Source: Callorhinchus milii
Lineage: Eukaryota
Direction of reading: 5' to 3'
Assembly: GCF_018977255.1 (NCBI RefSeq)
Contig: NW_024704742.1
Span: forward strand, 99,016,001-99,080,000
DNA: 64,000 nt
The notes beneath the pieces were generated by a model. It was not told the DNA's origin. It made no database searches and saw nothing but the letters and a program-made list of their open reading frames with translations. Shown here piece after piece: positions 27,265-39,545 of this stretch. The stretch's first letter is position 1, and each line of letters opens with the position of its first letter. Both the position numbers and the translations under genes were made by a program.

Positions 27265-28447
27265 ACTCTGCCTCTATCCTAGAATAGATCAGACACTTAA
27301 TTATAATAACTGCACTTTCAGCTCCTGTCAAGCTAATCTTTATACACCACCGCTCTTTTAATTTTTCTGCCTTTTCCTAGAAGCGTTTATTCATGCTGGG
27401 ATATGGTTTATGGGTACTGGAAGTCAGCCAAAAGCCTGATCTTTGTGAGAGCCTGGGAAGTGAACATCAGTAAGCTTATTTCAACTCAGTGGGGCATCAC
27501 AGCTCAACCTGATTTCATCCTCATCTGACATTCACATGTTTCAGTAAAGGATATTAGATTGTGATCAGGAATAGATACCAGACTGAGCTTTTCCATGCTC
27601 GATTTCTGGTCTAGGGATGCTGTCGAGTACCTTTTTGCAGCTTTCAAACTCATACCACTGCACTTTTTCCTGTTCTTTTTAAAGCAGCAAATAACCAGCT
27701 ATTATTCCATTCTGGTGTGGCAACCATTTAGTTTAATTAAGCCTGCAGCATGCCAATCATACATGGTGTGGATGCACTACCTCGCTGGAGAGATGCCAAG
27801 TGTATAACCCATACCCCTGTCAAATAAAGGGATCTCTTGGGCAATGCTTGATGTCAGCATATTTGCCATTTATAGAATTCATTAAAGTGAAAGTGCTTTT
27901 TTTGTCCCAGAAACATCAGAGAACTGATCAGCTTTTTTTTGCAGATTACCATAAAATGAAAACAGTGGTGCTTTAGATTCCTCCCTGTCGTGCGCCTCAG
28001 GCTGCTTGAGAAGTGGTTCTGTTTGAACCAGTTCTGAAGAATTCTGCAATATAAACAGAGCACTGGTGTACAGTTTTATATCCTCTTGTAGTTCAAAGTT
28101 GACCTTTCCAATTATGCAATGCTTCCTATCTTGTCATCAAGTAGCTTATTTAACTTTAATCTAGTGGAAAATACATCTAAACCTTCGTTGTTTTGATTTG
28201 GACATCCGGTCGATTCATGTAGAAACCCAGCATCGTGTGCAGATTATCCAAAACAGACTGGTTGAGACCACCTTTGCTTATAGTTTGGTTATTCATGCTG
28301 AAGTCACATCCCGTGCATTGTGTGTTATACATGCTGTGCTAGGAGGCTTTGTGATGTACTTCCTGTGTACCAAATATGCCCAGAAAGAGCCGATGATGAC
28401 GGAAGGAACATCGGCAGTATTCCTTACTTATTGTGCCTATGCAAAAC

Positions 28448-28722
28448 TCTGGCCTTCTGCATGTCCCTCATGCCCTCTTTTCCACCATTGGTGGCCGCAT
28501 TTTCAGCCACTACGCCCTGAAACTCTGGAACACCCTTCCTCTATCACTCCGCCTTGCCCCTTCCTTCCCCATTTTCAGGTTGCACCTGAAGACCTTCCGA
28601 ATCGATCGTACTTATGGTCACCTCCCCCTCCCCCCAGCTCAGAATCGTGCTCCACCACTGTCTAGCGCGCTGGAACCCACCCTCTGTGAAGGGTGCTATA
28701 TAAATGCAACTTTTTGTTGTTA
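28448..28722 (+). mobile_element. L2 LINE 3' fragment
   Basis: STIGGRIFSHYALKLWNTLPLSLRLAPSFPIFRLHLKTF plus tail. Confidence 0.82.
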
Positions 28723-29626
28723 TGTGCAGCATGCAGGACATGACCTCAATGTTTTCCTCCGCACAGTGTAGAACACACAGCAAGTGACGTTGGTGGTGAC
28801 AGGACGGTGGATATATTTTTTTCGCAGGCCAGTTCTAAAGCTGTCTAACTAATTTGGATCTGAAGCAGGCCTTGTAATGGGTTTGCAGGCTGTTTTTAAT
28901 ATAAAGAGAAAAGGGAGTTGTTACACGTAATAGGTTAGGATCTGGGTTAGGGTTCAAACCAGCCCTGACTGATGACACAGTTCCCAGCGGCTTGGGCCCA
29001 CAGCATAAAACTGCACCAAACTGTCAGTATCACTCAAACAGAGTGGGAAGGGGGAAATATATAGTTTTGTTGGATGTGCATCTCTGAGACTAGCTGGTAA
29101 CATTTTGAGGCTAATGGAGGGTGCACTCTTGAGTGTTCAGTGTTCAGTTTCCCAGCACTAACACTACTCCATCTTCAAGATGGAGAATAGTAGTCACCCA
29201 AAAATAAGTAATGTGATGAAAGGTGCACCGTATGATATAATATTAACAGCACAAAAGCAGGCCATTCAACCTGCATCATGTCGGTTCTGTTTTTCTTTGT
29301 CCCCACCTGATGTAATCTCACTCTCCTGCTTGTTCCCCATACCTTTTAAATATCTTTATCTCCCATCTTTCAAATGAATTCATGGATTCAATTTGCATTC
29401 ATTTAGATTATTGCCCACAAGCTCATTTGTGTTCGGTCAATCTAATAATAGAATATAATAATAATCCTTGCATTTGATATAGGGTCTGATCATGTTGTTG
29501 AGACGTCTCAACGCGCTTCACAGAATTGAGAGACTATTCCACTCATTGACTTTCCCACATCAGCCCCACACTCCTCAAGACATTGAATTGTCATCTGAAT
29601 GTAATTTTGTTCAACATCTCTTTCAG

Positions 29627-29678
29627 ATGGAAGTATGAATTTGGCAACCACTGAATGAGGGAGTAATTGCATGTTGCC
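29627..29678 (+). other. MARCHF3: MARCHF3 5'UTR part of the first coding exon
   Basis: Pyrimidine tract and acceptor catctctttcag ending 29626, 52 nt upstream of the ATG at 29679. Confidence 0.75.
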
Positions 29679-29866
29679 ATGACAACCAGCCGTTGCAGTC
29701 ACCTGCCTGAGGTTCTTCCAGACTGCACCAACTTGGTTCCTCCAGTAAAAACAGTGGAAGATTCTGCCGGCAGTGTGAATGGGCAGCCGCAGTATGTGAT
29801 GCAAGTTTCAGCCAAAGACGGGCAGCTGTTGTCGACAACGGTAGTTAGGACGCTCAACACCCACAG
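29679..29866 (+). CDS. MARCHF3: MARCHF3 E3 ubiquitin ligase, coding exon 1 (N-terminus)
   Basis: Translates [62 protein letters not shown](S), the MARCH3-type N-terminus. 188 nt; donor AG|GTATGA; phase 2 joins the next exon. Confidence 0.97.
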
Positions 29867-29870
29867 GTAT

Positions 29871-30250
29871 GATAATAATAATCCTTGCATTTGATGTAGT
29901 GCCTTATCAAGTCTTAGAGTCATCTCAAAGCGCTTCACAGAATATACTGTAACTTGTATTTTTATGTTTTTTTGTGGACAATTCGCGGCAGCCAATTGTG
30001 CACAGCAGTGTTCCACAAACACTCATGGATTGAGTGACAATATTATTATTAGTAGTTTTTATATTTTTTGGAAGGGATTATTACCTCCAGAAAAGCGATC
30101 TGACAGTTGACTAACAACCAGGTTCCTACTTGCTGCTAGGTAAACAGAAGCGTGTGGAGTAAGGAAACTTGCCTAATATTTTGCCCTCCCCGGGAATCAA
30201 ACCCAGGTCCTCCCGCATGCGAGGCGAGTGCTCTAACCACTGAGCTACAC
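29871..30250 (-). mobile_element. tRNA-SINE, long variant, abutting the MARCHF3 donor site
   Basis: The tail repeat begins within ~5 nt of the GT donor; the head ends near 30250. Confidence 0.88.
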
Positions 30251-31377
30251 AACTCTACAAGAGAATGTGACTTGGATAATTTTGTCAGCGTTTAGCAAAG
30301 GGGGAGGGAGGAGGAAAGAAAAGCTTTGGATATGCTTAGAATTGATCCAAATGGAAAATAGATTTTTATTTAGCAGTTTAATCCTTTTAATCTTTACTGC
30401 TGTATTCAGATTACAGGATTTTGTGATTTCTAACCTAAATCAGTTGTAAACTATGACACATTTCGGAAGTGGATATAAATAAATCTGCGGACAGGGAATA
30501 GACGAAGATCTAGTGCGCAGTAAATCTGTGCTTACATTAGACAACTGTCAATAATTTTGAGAATGCAGTTTTCATTTCACTGTTTAAAAGAAACCCATAT
30601 TTGCGTATTGAGTTTGTTTTATGATGAAAGTAGTGTATTTGAACATAAGAATTAGGAGCAGGAGTAGGCCATTCAGCCCCTCGAGCCTGCCCCCCTGTAT
30701 TTGGTGCATTTTTTTATAATGGGATCTTTACACACATTAGATTTTTAAAGATGGATCTGAATAATCACTTAACTGCGCCTCAATGATTGCTGCAAGTTGC
30801 ACAGGGATAATGTGGTACTTACAAACATAATATAAATGAACCGTGACGCTGTGGAATGTAGATGAATGGAAAGGATAGACACTGGAGGATAGTTAACATA
30901 TTAGGCTGCAAGTATTGAACAATCCTCTCAAGATAAATTACTTCCTGTGGTAATGGATATGATCCAGATCAGGCAAGAATGTGGAAATTGTGTCTACCTT
31001 TTTACAGTTTTGTAATTGTAAGCCAGTTAGCATTGGTGTTTTGAACTAAACAGTATTAAAATAACTTTTAAAGAGGCACTGTTTATTTGAAAAAGTGTTT
31101 GCCAAACATTTTTTTTAGGAATGTCAGGGCATTTGTGCACGTAATTTTGAAACACAGCTTTGGACTGCCTGCCTGTAGTGGCGTTCTGATGAAAATGAAA
31201 TGTTTCAGCCACCCAATTTCTGAAAAAAAAATCATCCTATGCTTCTATTGCTCCTAACTCTTCAGTACATGTCTGCCTATTCAAAACATCACCCCCTTCT
31301 CAAAAAGCCCTCATAAAAAAAACTCTCTTGTCAGCCTGGCTCAGTCGGTAGTGCACTCAGTTCTGAGTCAGAAGGTT

Positions 31378-31693
31378 AATAATAATAATAATCCTTGCAT
31401 TTGATATAGCGCTTTTCACATCAAGAGGACGTCCCAAAGCGCTTCACAGAATACACTGTAAAGTGAATTGACTGTATATTTGTGGGCGAACGCGGCAGCC
31501 AATTGCGCACAGCAATGGTCCCACAAACAGTCGTAGATTGAAAATGACCAATTTTATTACTGTTTTGTTTTTGGAGGGATTATTATTAGGTGTGTGGAGT
31601 AAGGAAACTTGCCCAAGGTTTCGCCCTGCCTGGAATTGAACTCAGGTCTCTCGCTTGCAAAGCGAGCGCTCTAACCACTGAGCTACAGGACTC
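31378..31693 (-). mobile_element. tRNA-Ala SINE nested in a DeuSINE
   Basis: 5-bp TSD aggtt at 31373-31377 and 31694-31698. Confidence 0.92.
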
Positions 31694-31735
31694 AGGTTGT
31701 GGCTTAAAGCCCCACATGGGGACTTGGAACTCACA

Positions 31736-32039
31736 TAATAATAAAAAATAATAATCCTTGCATTTGATACAGCTCTTTTCACATTTTCTAGATGTCTCAA
31801 AGCGCTTCAGAGAATATACTGTAAAGTTAATTGACTATATTTGTGGACAAAACGTGGCAGCCAATTGTGCACAGCAGTGCCCCCAAACAGTCGTGGATTG
31901 AAGTGACCAATTTAGTATTTTTTTTCTTGAGGGATTATTATCAGGTGTGTGGAGCAAGGAAACTTGCCCAGGGTTTGCCCTGCCGAGAATCAAATCCAGG
32001 TCTCTCGCTTGCGAGGTGAGTGCTCTAACCACGAGCTAC
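31736..32039 (-). mobile_element. Second tRNA-Ala SINE nested in the same DeuSINE
   Basis: Full short-variant structure; resembles the 771 copy. Confidence 0.88.
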
Positions 32040-32934
32040 GTAGTCTATGCAGACCCTCCAATGCAGTGCTGGGGTAATGTTGCATTGTTGTAGGTGCCAT
32101 TCTTCGGATGAGATTGTAAACTGAGATCCAGTCTGCCTACCTGTCTGCACTATTCAAAAAGAGATGAGAGTTTATCCCATGTCCAGGCCAACAGTCCCTC
32201 AAGTAAGATTGGTCACTCAATACATTGTTGTTTGTGGAACGTTGCTGTGGCTGCTGCATTCACCTACAAAATACAGTCATTCCACTTTACAGTGTATCCT
32301 GTGAAGATCTTTATTTAATTATTGTAATGTTGCCTTTTTTAGAAATGCAGAGATGTATTTGACAAAATATTTTGCTCGTGTGAGGAATCTACCATTGTTC
32401 TAATAAAACTTTGTTCTCCAGTCTATAACTCAGGATACATCTGTCACAGATTTCCTGAGTCATTTGTTAAAATGCAAATGCTAACTTCTGGAACACAAAT
32501 TTATTTATTGCCTCTACGATTTATTATTCCTCTTTGTATCAGACTGGAATGCATATTTTGCTTGTTTGTTCAGTGTGTCGAGATATATTTTACGGTACAT
32601 AAGTGACTTGTTTACTAAATTGGTAACTGAGTTGTTACATGAAGCATGGAAATTGGTTACTTCCTGAACAAAAAATTAATTTTACTAGTTAGATGTGTCA
32701 GATATTAATGCGTTGCTCATGTGATTCTATTAGATTATTATTTTAAAAATTCATTCTCCCACCCCCTTGAGGGGGAAAACTTAAACATTTCTCGGATAAA
32801 TTCTGGACCCTTGATTTTCCTGTTAGGTTGTGAGTATCAGGATACCAAAAATTATTTCGCAATTCCTTTTTTTTTAAAAAATGGCAAGACCGTAGTGCCC
32901 CAATACCCACAAAACACCTTTCTTCAAGAAAATG

Positions 32935-33327
32935 TCAGCCTAGCTTAGTTGGTAGAATTCTTGCCTCTGAGTCAGAAGGTTATAGGTTCATGATCCATAT
33001 TGGGACTTTGGGCTCACCTGTCTAGGCTAACACTCCAATGTAGTGCTGCATTGTTAGAGGTGCCGTCCTTTAGATGAGATGATAAACCAAGGTCCCATCT
33101 GTCTTTTCAGGTGGACTTTAATGATGAAAAGAGAAGGGGGGTTCTCCTGGCATCATGGCCAGCAATTCCCCAGACAATTTGATTATTCACTTCAAGGCTG
33201 TTTGTGACACATTGCTCTGTGCAAATTGACTGCCACATTCGCCTACAAAAATAGTAATTACACTGTACAGTAAAATCTGTGAAGTGCTTTGAGATGACTG
33301 TATTGTGTCAAATTGCAAGGAATATTA
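32935..33327 (+). mobile_element. DeuSINE (SacSINE1-like), near full length
   Basis: Head gtcagcctagcttagttggtag...ctctgagtcagaaggtt, Deu-like core, shared tail. Confidence 0.8.
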
Positions 33328-33744
33328 GAGAAATCCCTAATTTTCTCTCAGCACTCACACTACTTATTGCTTTTAATAAACATAATTTTGTGAATTCCCG
33401 AGGATAACCCTGCAATCCAAGGCCCTAATGGGTGGACTGGTCATACCTGGACAAGCAGCAGGTTTCCTGAGAAGAAAATATTGCTTTAATATCTTGTGTA
33501 TAGATGAGCTTCTTCTTCTTCACTTCCCACATCAATTAATCTAAAACTACAATGTCCAATTTTAACACATAATGCAAGTATTTAATTGACTTCACCATGC
33601 TATTTTTTTAATGGAATTTGTGAAATCATCTTAGCAGTCCTGGTGTTTTGTGTGACTTTGAAATAAATAATTCAGAAGAAAAAATCAATGATTTTAAATT
33701 TCCTTCAAATTTCACATCAATAAATGAGCCTCTTTCTTTTACAG

Positions 33745-33949
33745 CACAATCAATGACCGTCCTATATGCAGGATCTGCCATGAAGGCAGCAGTCAGGAAG
33801 ATCTGCTTTCCCCTTGTGAATGTACAGGAACCCTCGGGACTATTCATAGAAGCTGCCTGGAGCACTGGCTTTCTTCCTCGAACACCAGTTACTGTGAACT
33901 CTGCCACTTCAAGTTTTCAGTCGAGCGCAAACCTAGACCATTAATAGAG
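33745..33949 (+). CDS. MARCHF3: MARCHF3 coding exon 2 (RING-CH domain)
   Basis: Acceptor ttctttttacag-type tract; reads [68 protein letters not shown] (C4HC3 RING-CH); 205 nt; donor GAG|gtcagt. This frame is absent from the ORF track. Confidence 0.97.
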
Positions 33950-36900
33950 GTCAGTAACTCAAGCATGTCCAGAGAAACCAGTGTTAAAAATGTCTTGAGT
34001 TGTACATAGTGAATGGTCTGTGTAAAACCTTTTGTTAAAATTGCATTCAGCTTCAGACAGTGGTTTGCTTTACTTCTCTAGTTTTCCACCTGTTCCTCCT
34101 GCTTGTCATTTGAGGTGGAAATAAGTCAGTATTATTTTTTTTTGTCTAGAAGCAAATTCAAAATATGATCATTATCACCATTATGGTCATTCATTAGCAT
34201 TGAAATATAGGTTTTGTAACAATTTCTACAGAGGACCAATTCCGGACTTATAAAGCATCAAAATGTTGCTTTCTAAATAACTGTGGTTTCTTAACCATAG
34301 TAATTGCTACTAATTTCAGTACAAAGCTATAACAGTGAGACATTTAATGTGACTCATGTTAAACTGGGTGATCCTTGCTGCTTCCAGCCTCAACTCCAGG
34401 GCCATTGCTGTTCTGACAGACATCGAGTTCTGGATCTGTTTTACCTTTCTCTAATTTAACATAAAAACATTGAGGCTATCCTCCTCTCCTCAGGTGTTGA
34501 TCATATCAACCCCTCTAGTTGCTCATTCCAGCTCATGGAATATCAACAATTTGTTCAACACATGACTACTTTGAATTTTTTATTTGGCTATGACCAAATA
34601 TGATTTTCTCCAACTGCGACATCGCCCGTCTTATTATTTCTCCAGCATTCAGGTGAAACACTCATCCCACCTCTAAACTTGTCAAAAGCCTTGTAGCTCT
34701 ACAGTCTATATTCACTCCCATACTAACTCTGGAGCCCATCACCTCCCATCTTTTTCTGGCTCCTCCCCCAGTGGAACATGTGTAAGATTCTCACCCTTGC
34801 CCCCAAGGCCTTGCCCCTTCTCCAATTCTGCAACCCTCCTACAACCTACAACCTACAACCCTCCTGCCCCTGTCCACTCACTCCCTCCTCCACTCCACCA
34901 ACTCTAGCCTGCTTCATGCTCCCTGCCTCCTTTGCTCACCATCAGCGGGCAAGCTTTAAGCTATTGTCCAGGATTACTGGTATATAAAACTAAATCCAAG
35001 TCGCCATTGTACCATAGATGTTACCTTCCCATCTTGTATAGCTACAGTTTTTAAGACTTTTTTTTATAGGTTGGGGAACAAATGATAGTTTTACTAATGA
35101 CTTAGGTCAGTTATGTTCTGAATTTTGCTATTTGGATTACTTTAGAGCACAGATGTGTTTACATCATAAGACAAGACAGAATGTTGCAAAATTGATGATT
35201 TAAATGCTGTTAACACAGCCATTCCTAATGCACACATGGAATGTGACAGTTGTGTTTGGGAGTCATCATAATTTACCAAGTTGGAAGTGGAAACTTGGTT
35301 CGAGCAGAGAGGATAGTGTCAGTTGTTTGATCATTTCACTGAAATGGATCTTCTGTTTGACAGCAAGCTATAAAGCCACCACTCTGCTTCAGTTACCGAA
35401 ACAGTCTATAAGGAGAAACACAATGAGCAAAGTAAAATGAGAAACAGGTGGTTGTAACGTACACTTAGAAATGATTGTGGCTTTGATGTCTCTACTCTCT
35501 GGAATAAGCGGTTAGGCATGTGCCCTTTCCCTCTGTCTGGCTTCTTGTTATCATTTATGGATGATTCACTCCCATTGTCCTCCTGTTCATCTTAGTTGTG
35601 TCTATGTTTTGATTGCCTGCCTTCCCTGTATCCTTCCTGCTGACTGATTGTGTGAAATGTGAGACACATTTAACAAGGAGAATACTTAAATAAGATGCTC
35701 CGCATTTGAAATTTTAGGATATTCCAGGCATATAAGAACCCTTAAACCATAACTGTTGCTGTTAGCTCTACAGCAAGAAAATTCTAGTCCTTTTAGATAT
35801 TCCACTTCTAAAAAAAATAAAGTGAAAACAATTACGTGTTAAGCTTAAACTGCTCCATCAGGTTACCCCTTCCTCTTTTGACTGGTGTACTGCTCATCCC
35901 TCACTTCCCCTGTCCCACCATTAATGGTTAAGTTGCACTTCCAACCCCACCCCCTCCCCCAGGCTCTCTGGAACTCTCTCCCAAAAGCCCCTTTACCTTT
36001 CTCTTTTTCTTCTGCCTTCAAAATCCTCTAAGTCAAAACTTTTGAATTCACCCTCCTTTTGCACGCACCTCGGGCTTCCCCAAAGTATCTCTGAAGCATT
36101 TCAAACCATTCATGAAGAGAGCGATACAAGTGCAAGTTGTCAGCTGCAGGGCCAGAAGCATTTTGTTTCTCGGACTCTGAATAGAGCAGTGCAGCTATTA
36201 AGGGAAATTGCTCCACTTCAAAACTTCAGTTTACTCCTGAATTGTTGCTGCCTGTCCTGGATCCAGTCTTGCTGGACGGTTAATAAATCTATCTTGTTTC
36301 ATATTGTTTTAAGAGCTTGAGCTAGTTGGCTTCACTTCTCTTTTCTCAAGTAGATTTTGAGTGATTTGATGTACTTCTCAGCTTCATAATTTTATAAACT
36401 TTCTACACAGTTTCGGTTCCTAAAATAGATCAGCAATTAATATTGTATATGAATTTCAAAGAAATGGCTAATTTCTCCATGCCATAATTCAAGGTTCAAT
36501 TATATGTTTATATTATTCAGTTATATAATTCACTATTTGGGTTATATTTCATTTATATTCAGTTAATTTCAGTTTTTTTAATTCAGTATTTGTTCGTCTG
36601 CCTCCAACTATCCATGAAAGTTCCAATACACCTTTTTAACCTCCAGGTGTGCTTTCACTTATCACACCCTTGGATACATTCCCGCATGTATTTTTATTTA
36701 GATATGTGTGTGTATATATACATATATAATATAAAAATGTTTTATTTACTGGCTCGTCATGTATGAATTAACTGTGGAAACATTGATGCACTTGGTCTAT
36801 TCAGTTTTGTTGTACAGCAACTTTTTNAAAAAAAAGTATGGCTTAAAGGGAAAGAGGACTCTTACCAATTAGGCTTGCTTTATCTGAAATGGAGGAGAGA

Positions 36901-38836
36901 GAAAGAGAAATGATGAACATTTTTAAAAAAAACTTTTTTTAAATAAAGGTAGTCTTAAATTCTGGTGTTGAGAGTTTGGGATTCTTAATGACACAACTCA
37001 TTTAGATGATTTTAACGAAGATGGGAGGTTTATTAATTAATCCCTCTTTCAAAATTAAACTTGTTTCAAAAATATTTTTGAAATTACAGGAAACAAGGAG
37101 GATATTTGATGTACTGATTCAATACTGTATTGGTTCCTGAACTGAAGCTTTGAATTCCAAATCCTAATTCCCTACCCTTCCACCATAATTTGTTTCTTTG
37201 GTTCGCTTCAAATACTTATTTTATTGCCCTTTAGAAGTTCTAATTCTCTTTTAAATGTTGTGATAACATATTCTGCATTCTAATAACTCTCTGCGTGATG
37301 ATAAAAGTTAACCCTCCAGTAATGATCTGAACTTATGCCTCCCTTATTAGTAGCATTGCATTCTCTACTTTTTGTTTCCTGATGTTTTATTTTAACTTTA
37401 TGCTTCTGTTTTGGCACTCAAATTTTTTTTTTAAAAAAGATACTAAACCAGAAGCAGTACTTTTGTAGCAGTACAAATTGTAAGACTTGATAAGATCCTG
37501 TTTTAATTTTGTGTGTTTTTTTGTGCATATTTAACATTTATTCAGTGTGGTTTGCATATATAAAAGTTCTCATGTTTTGGGGCCGTTATTTAATTTTTTG
37601 AGCCCCACTTTCCAGGAAGTGGTTTTGGAACAGAAGCAACGTTGTTTGATGAAATATAAATAGGATGGATTTTTATCTTTTATTTTCAATGGATAAAGTC
37701 TATTTAATTTAATGTTTCTTTTATTCTTTTATTGAGTTCTCGCCTACAAAAACAACCAGTGTTTTTTGTGCATGCACATCACACAGGAAGTGACATCCAT
37801 AGCAACCTGTCGACTTGGATGTTGGCCAAGTTTGTCGTCTAAAAATTGAATTTTCAGCAATATTTTTTATGTTGTATTGCAGAACTTCGCCAAACCTGAC
37901 AAATATTAGTATTTACAAATAATTTGTGATTTCTACCAACCCTAAATATAAATTCACTGCAGACAAAATTTCAAAAGAACTTTTAGCCTTGAACTAGTTG
38001 TAAAAGGAATTACTTAAGAGATTTTTTTTAATGTTCTTAGAGAGTTGGCTCATTAGTAACATCAAACAACTCAGCTCTTTCATAAGAGTAGTCAGAATTA
38101 TCTGAATTCTGCTTATCATAGAATCGTACAGCACAATAAGAGGTCATTCGGCCCATCGAGTCTGTGCGGCTCTTTGTGCAACGTAATGTCAATCCCGCTC
38201 CCCAGCCCTTTCCCTATAACCCTGCAAACCCGTCCTCCTCAAATACCCGTCCACCGCATTTTTAAAAGTAGTTATCGAATCGGCTTCCACCATCCTTTCA
38301 GGCAATGTGTTCCAGATTTGAACAACTCGCTGCATGAAAAAATTTCTTCTCACCTCCCCTCTGCTTCTTTTAGAAACTATTTTGAATCTGTGACCTCGAG
38401 TCACCGACATACCCACCAGTGGAAACAGTTTTTCCCTTTCTAACCTATCAATCCCCTTATGATTTTGAAGACCTCTATTAGGTCTCCTCATAACCTTCTC
38501 TGCTCCAATGAGGATAATCCCAGCCTCACTAGCCTTTCCTCATGATCAAGGTCCCTCATTCCTGGTACCATCCTTGTAAATTTCCTCTGCACTCTTTCCA
38601 ATGCCTTAACATCCTTCCTATAGTGTGGTGCCCAGAACTGGGCGCAATATTCTAACTGAGGCCTAACCAATGTTTTATATAGGTTAATCCTAACCTCCTG
38701 ACTCTTGTACTCTACGCCCCTATTTATAAAGCCTAGTATCCCACATGCCCTTTTTACAGCTTTATCTACCTGTCCTGACACCTTCAATGATTCATTTACC
38801 TGAACCCGTAGGTTTCTCTGTTCCTTCATCCCCCTT

Positions 38837-39093
38837 AATAATAATAATAATCTTTGCATTTGATATAGCGCATTTCATGTCAGGAGGACGTCCCAAAGCG
38901 CTTCACAGAACACACTGTAAAGTGAATTGACTGTATATTTGTGGGCGAACGCGGCAGCCAATTGCGCACAGCAATGTCCCACAAACAGTTGTGAATTGAA
39001 AATGACCAATTTATTGTTTTTGTTTTTTGGAGGGATTATTATTAGGCGTGTGGAGTAAGGAAACTTGCCCAAGGTTTCGCCCTGCCTGGAATT
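38837..39093 (-). mobile_element. tRNA-Ala SINE, 5'-truncated, nested in CR1
   Basis: Interrupts CR1 RT sequence that resumes afterwards. Confidence 0.88.
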
Positions 39094-39156
39094 GTATTAC
39101 CCAGCCTATATTGCCTCCCCTCATTTTTTCTAACAAAATGCATTACCTCGCATTTC

Positions 39157-39545
39157 ATAAGAACATATAAACATAAGAATTAGGAGAAGGAGTAGGCCAT
39201 TCGGCCCCTCGAGCCTGCTCCACCATTCGATAAGATCATGGCTGATCTTCAGACCTAACTCTAATTACCTGCCCTATCCCCATATCCCCTAATCCCTCTG
39301 TTTTTTAAAAACTCTTATCAGTCTCAGCCTTGAAGATGTTCAAGGACTGAGCATCTACAGCCTTCTGGGGTAGTGAATTCCATAAATTCACTGTCCTCTG
39401 AGTGAAGAAATGTTTCCTCAACTCTGTTCTAAAAGGCTGACCCTTAATTTTAAGACTGTGACCCCTGGTTATAGTTCTCCTACCAGAGGAAACAGACCCT
39501 GAGTGTCTACTTTATCCAGCCCTTTAAGAATCTTATGTGTTTTAA
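39157..39545 (-). mobile_element. CR1 3' end of a different subfamily nested in the CR1 above
   Basis: Own ataagaacatataaacataag tail; TSD atttc at 39152-39156 and 39546-39550. Confidence 0.85.

Larger units (their letters stand above)
31331..32305 (+). mobile_element. DeuSINE split into three pieces by two SINE insertions
   Basis: Pieces 31331-31377, 31694-31735 and 32040-32305 are collinear with the intact copy at 32935. Confidence 0.8.

Noticed and set aside
1..29626. MARCHF3 promoter or first exon
   Set aside because: No CpG island or convincing exon was seen; it probably lies upstream of the window.
33405..33420. 16-bp exact inverted match to 55145-55160
   Set aside because: About one 16-mer match is expected by chance in 64 kb, and the flanks are not collinear.
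36490..36590. Recurring attcagtt words as a tandem array or CRISPR-like repeat
   Set aside because: Irregular AT-rich low-complexity sequence with no fixed period or spacers.
18981..36827. Single N bases at 18981, 21335 and 36827
   Set aside because: All adjoin homopolymer runs; sequencing/assembly ambiguity, not biology.
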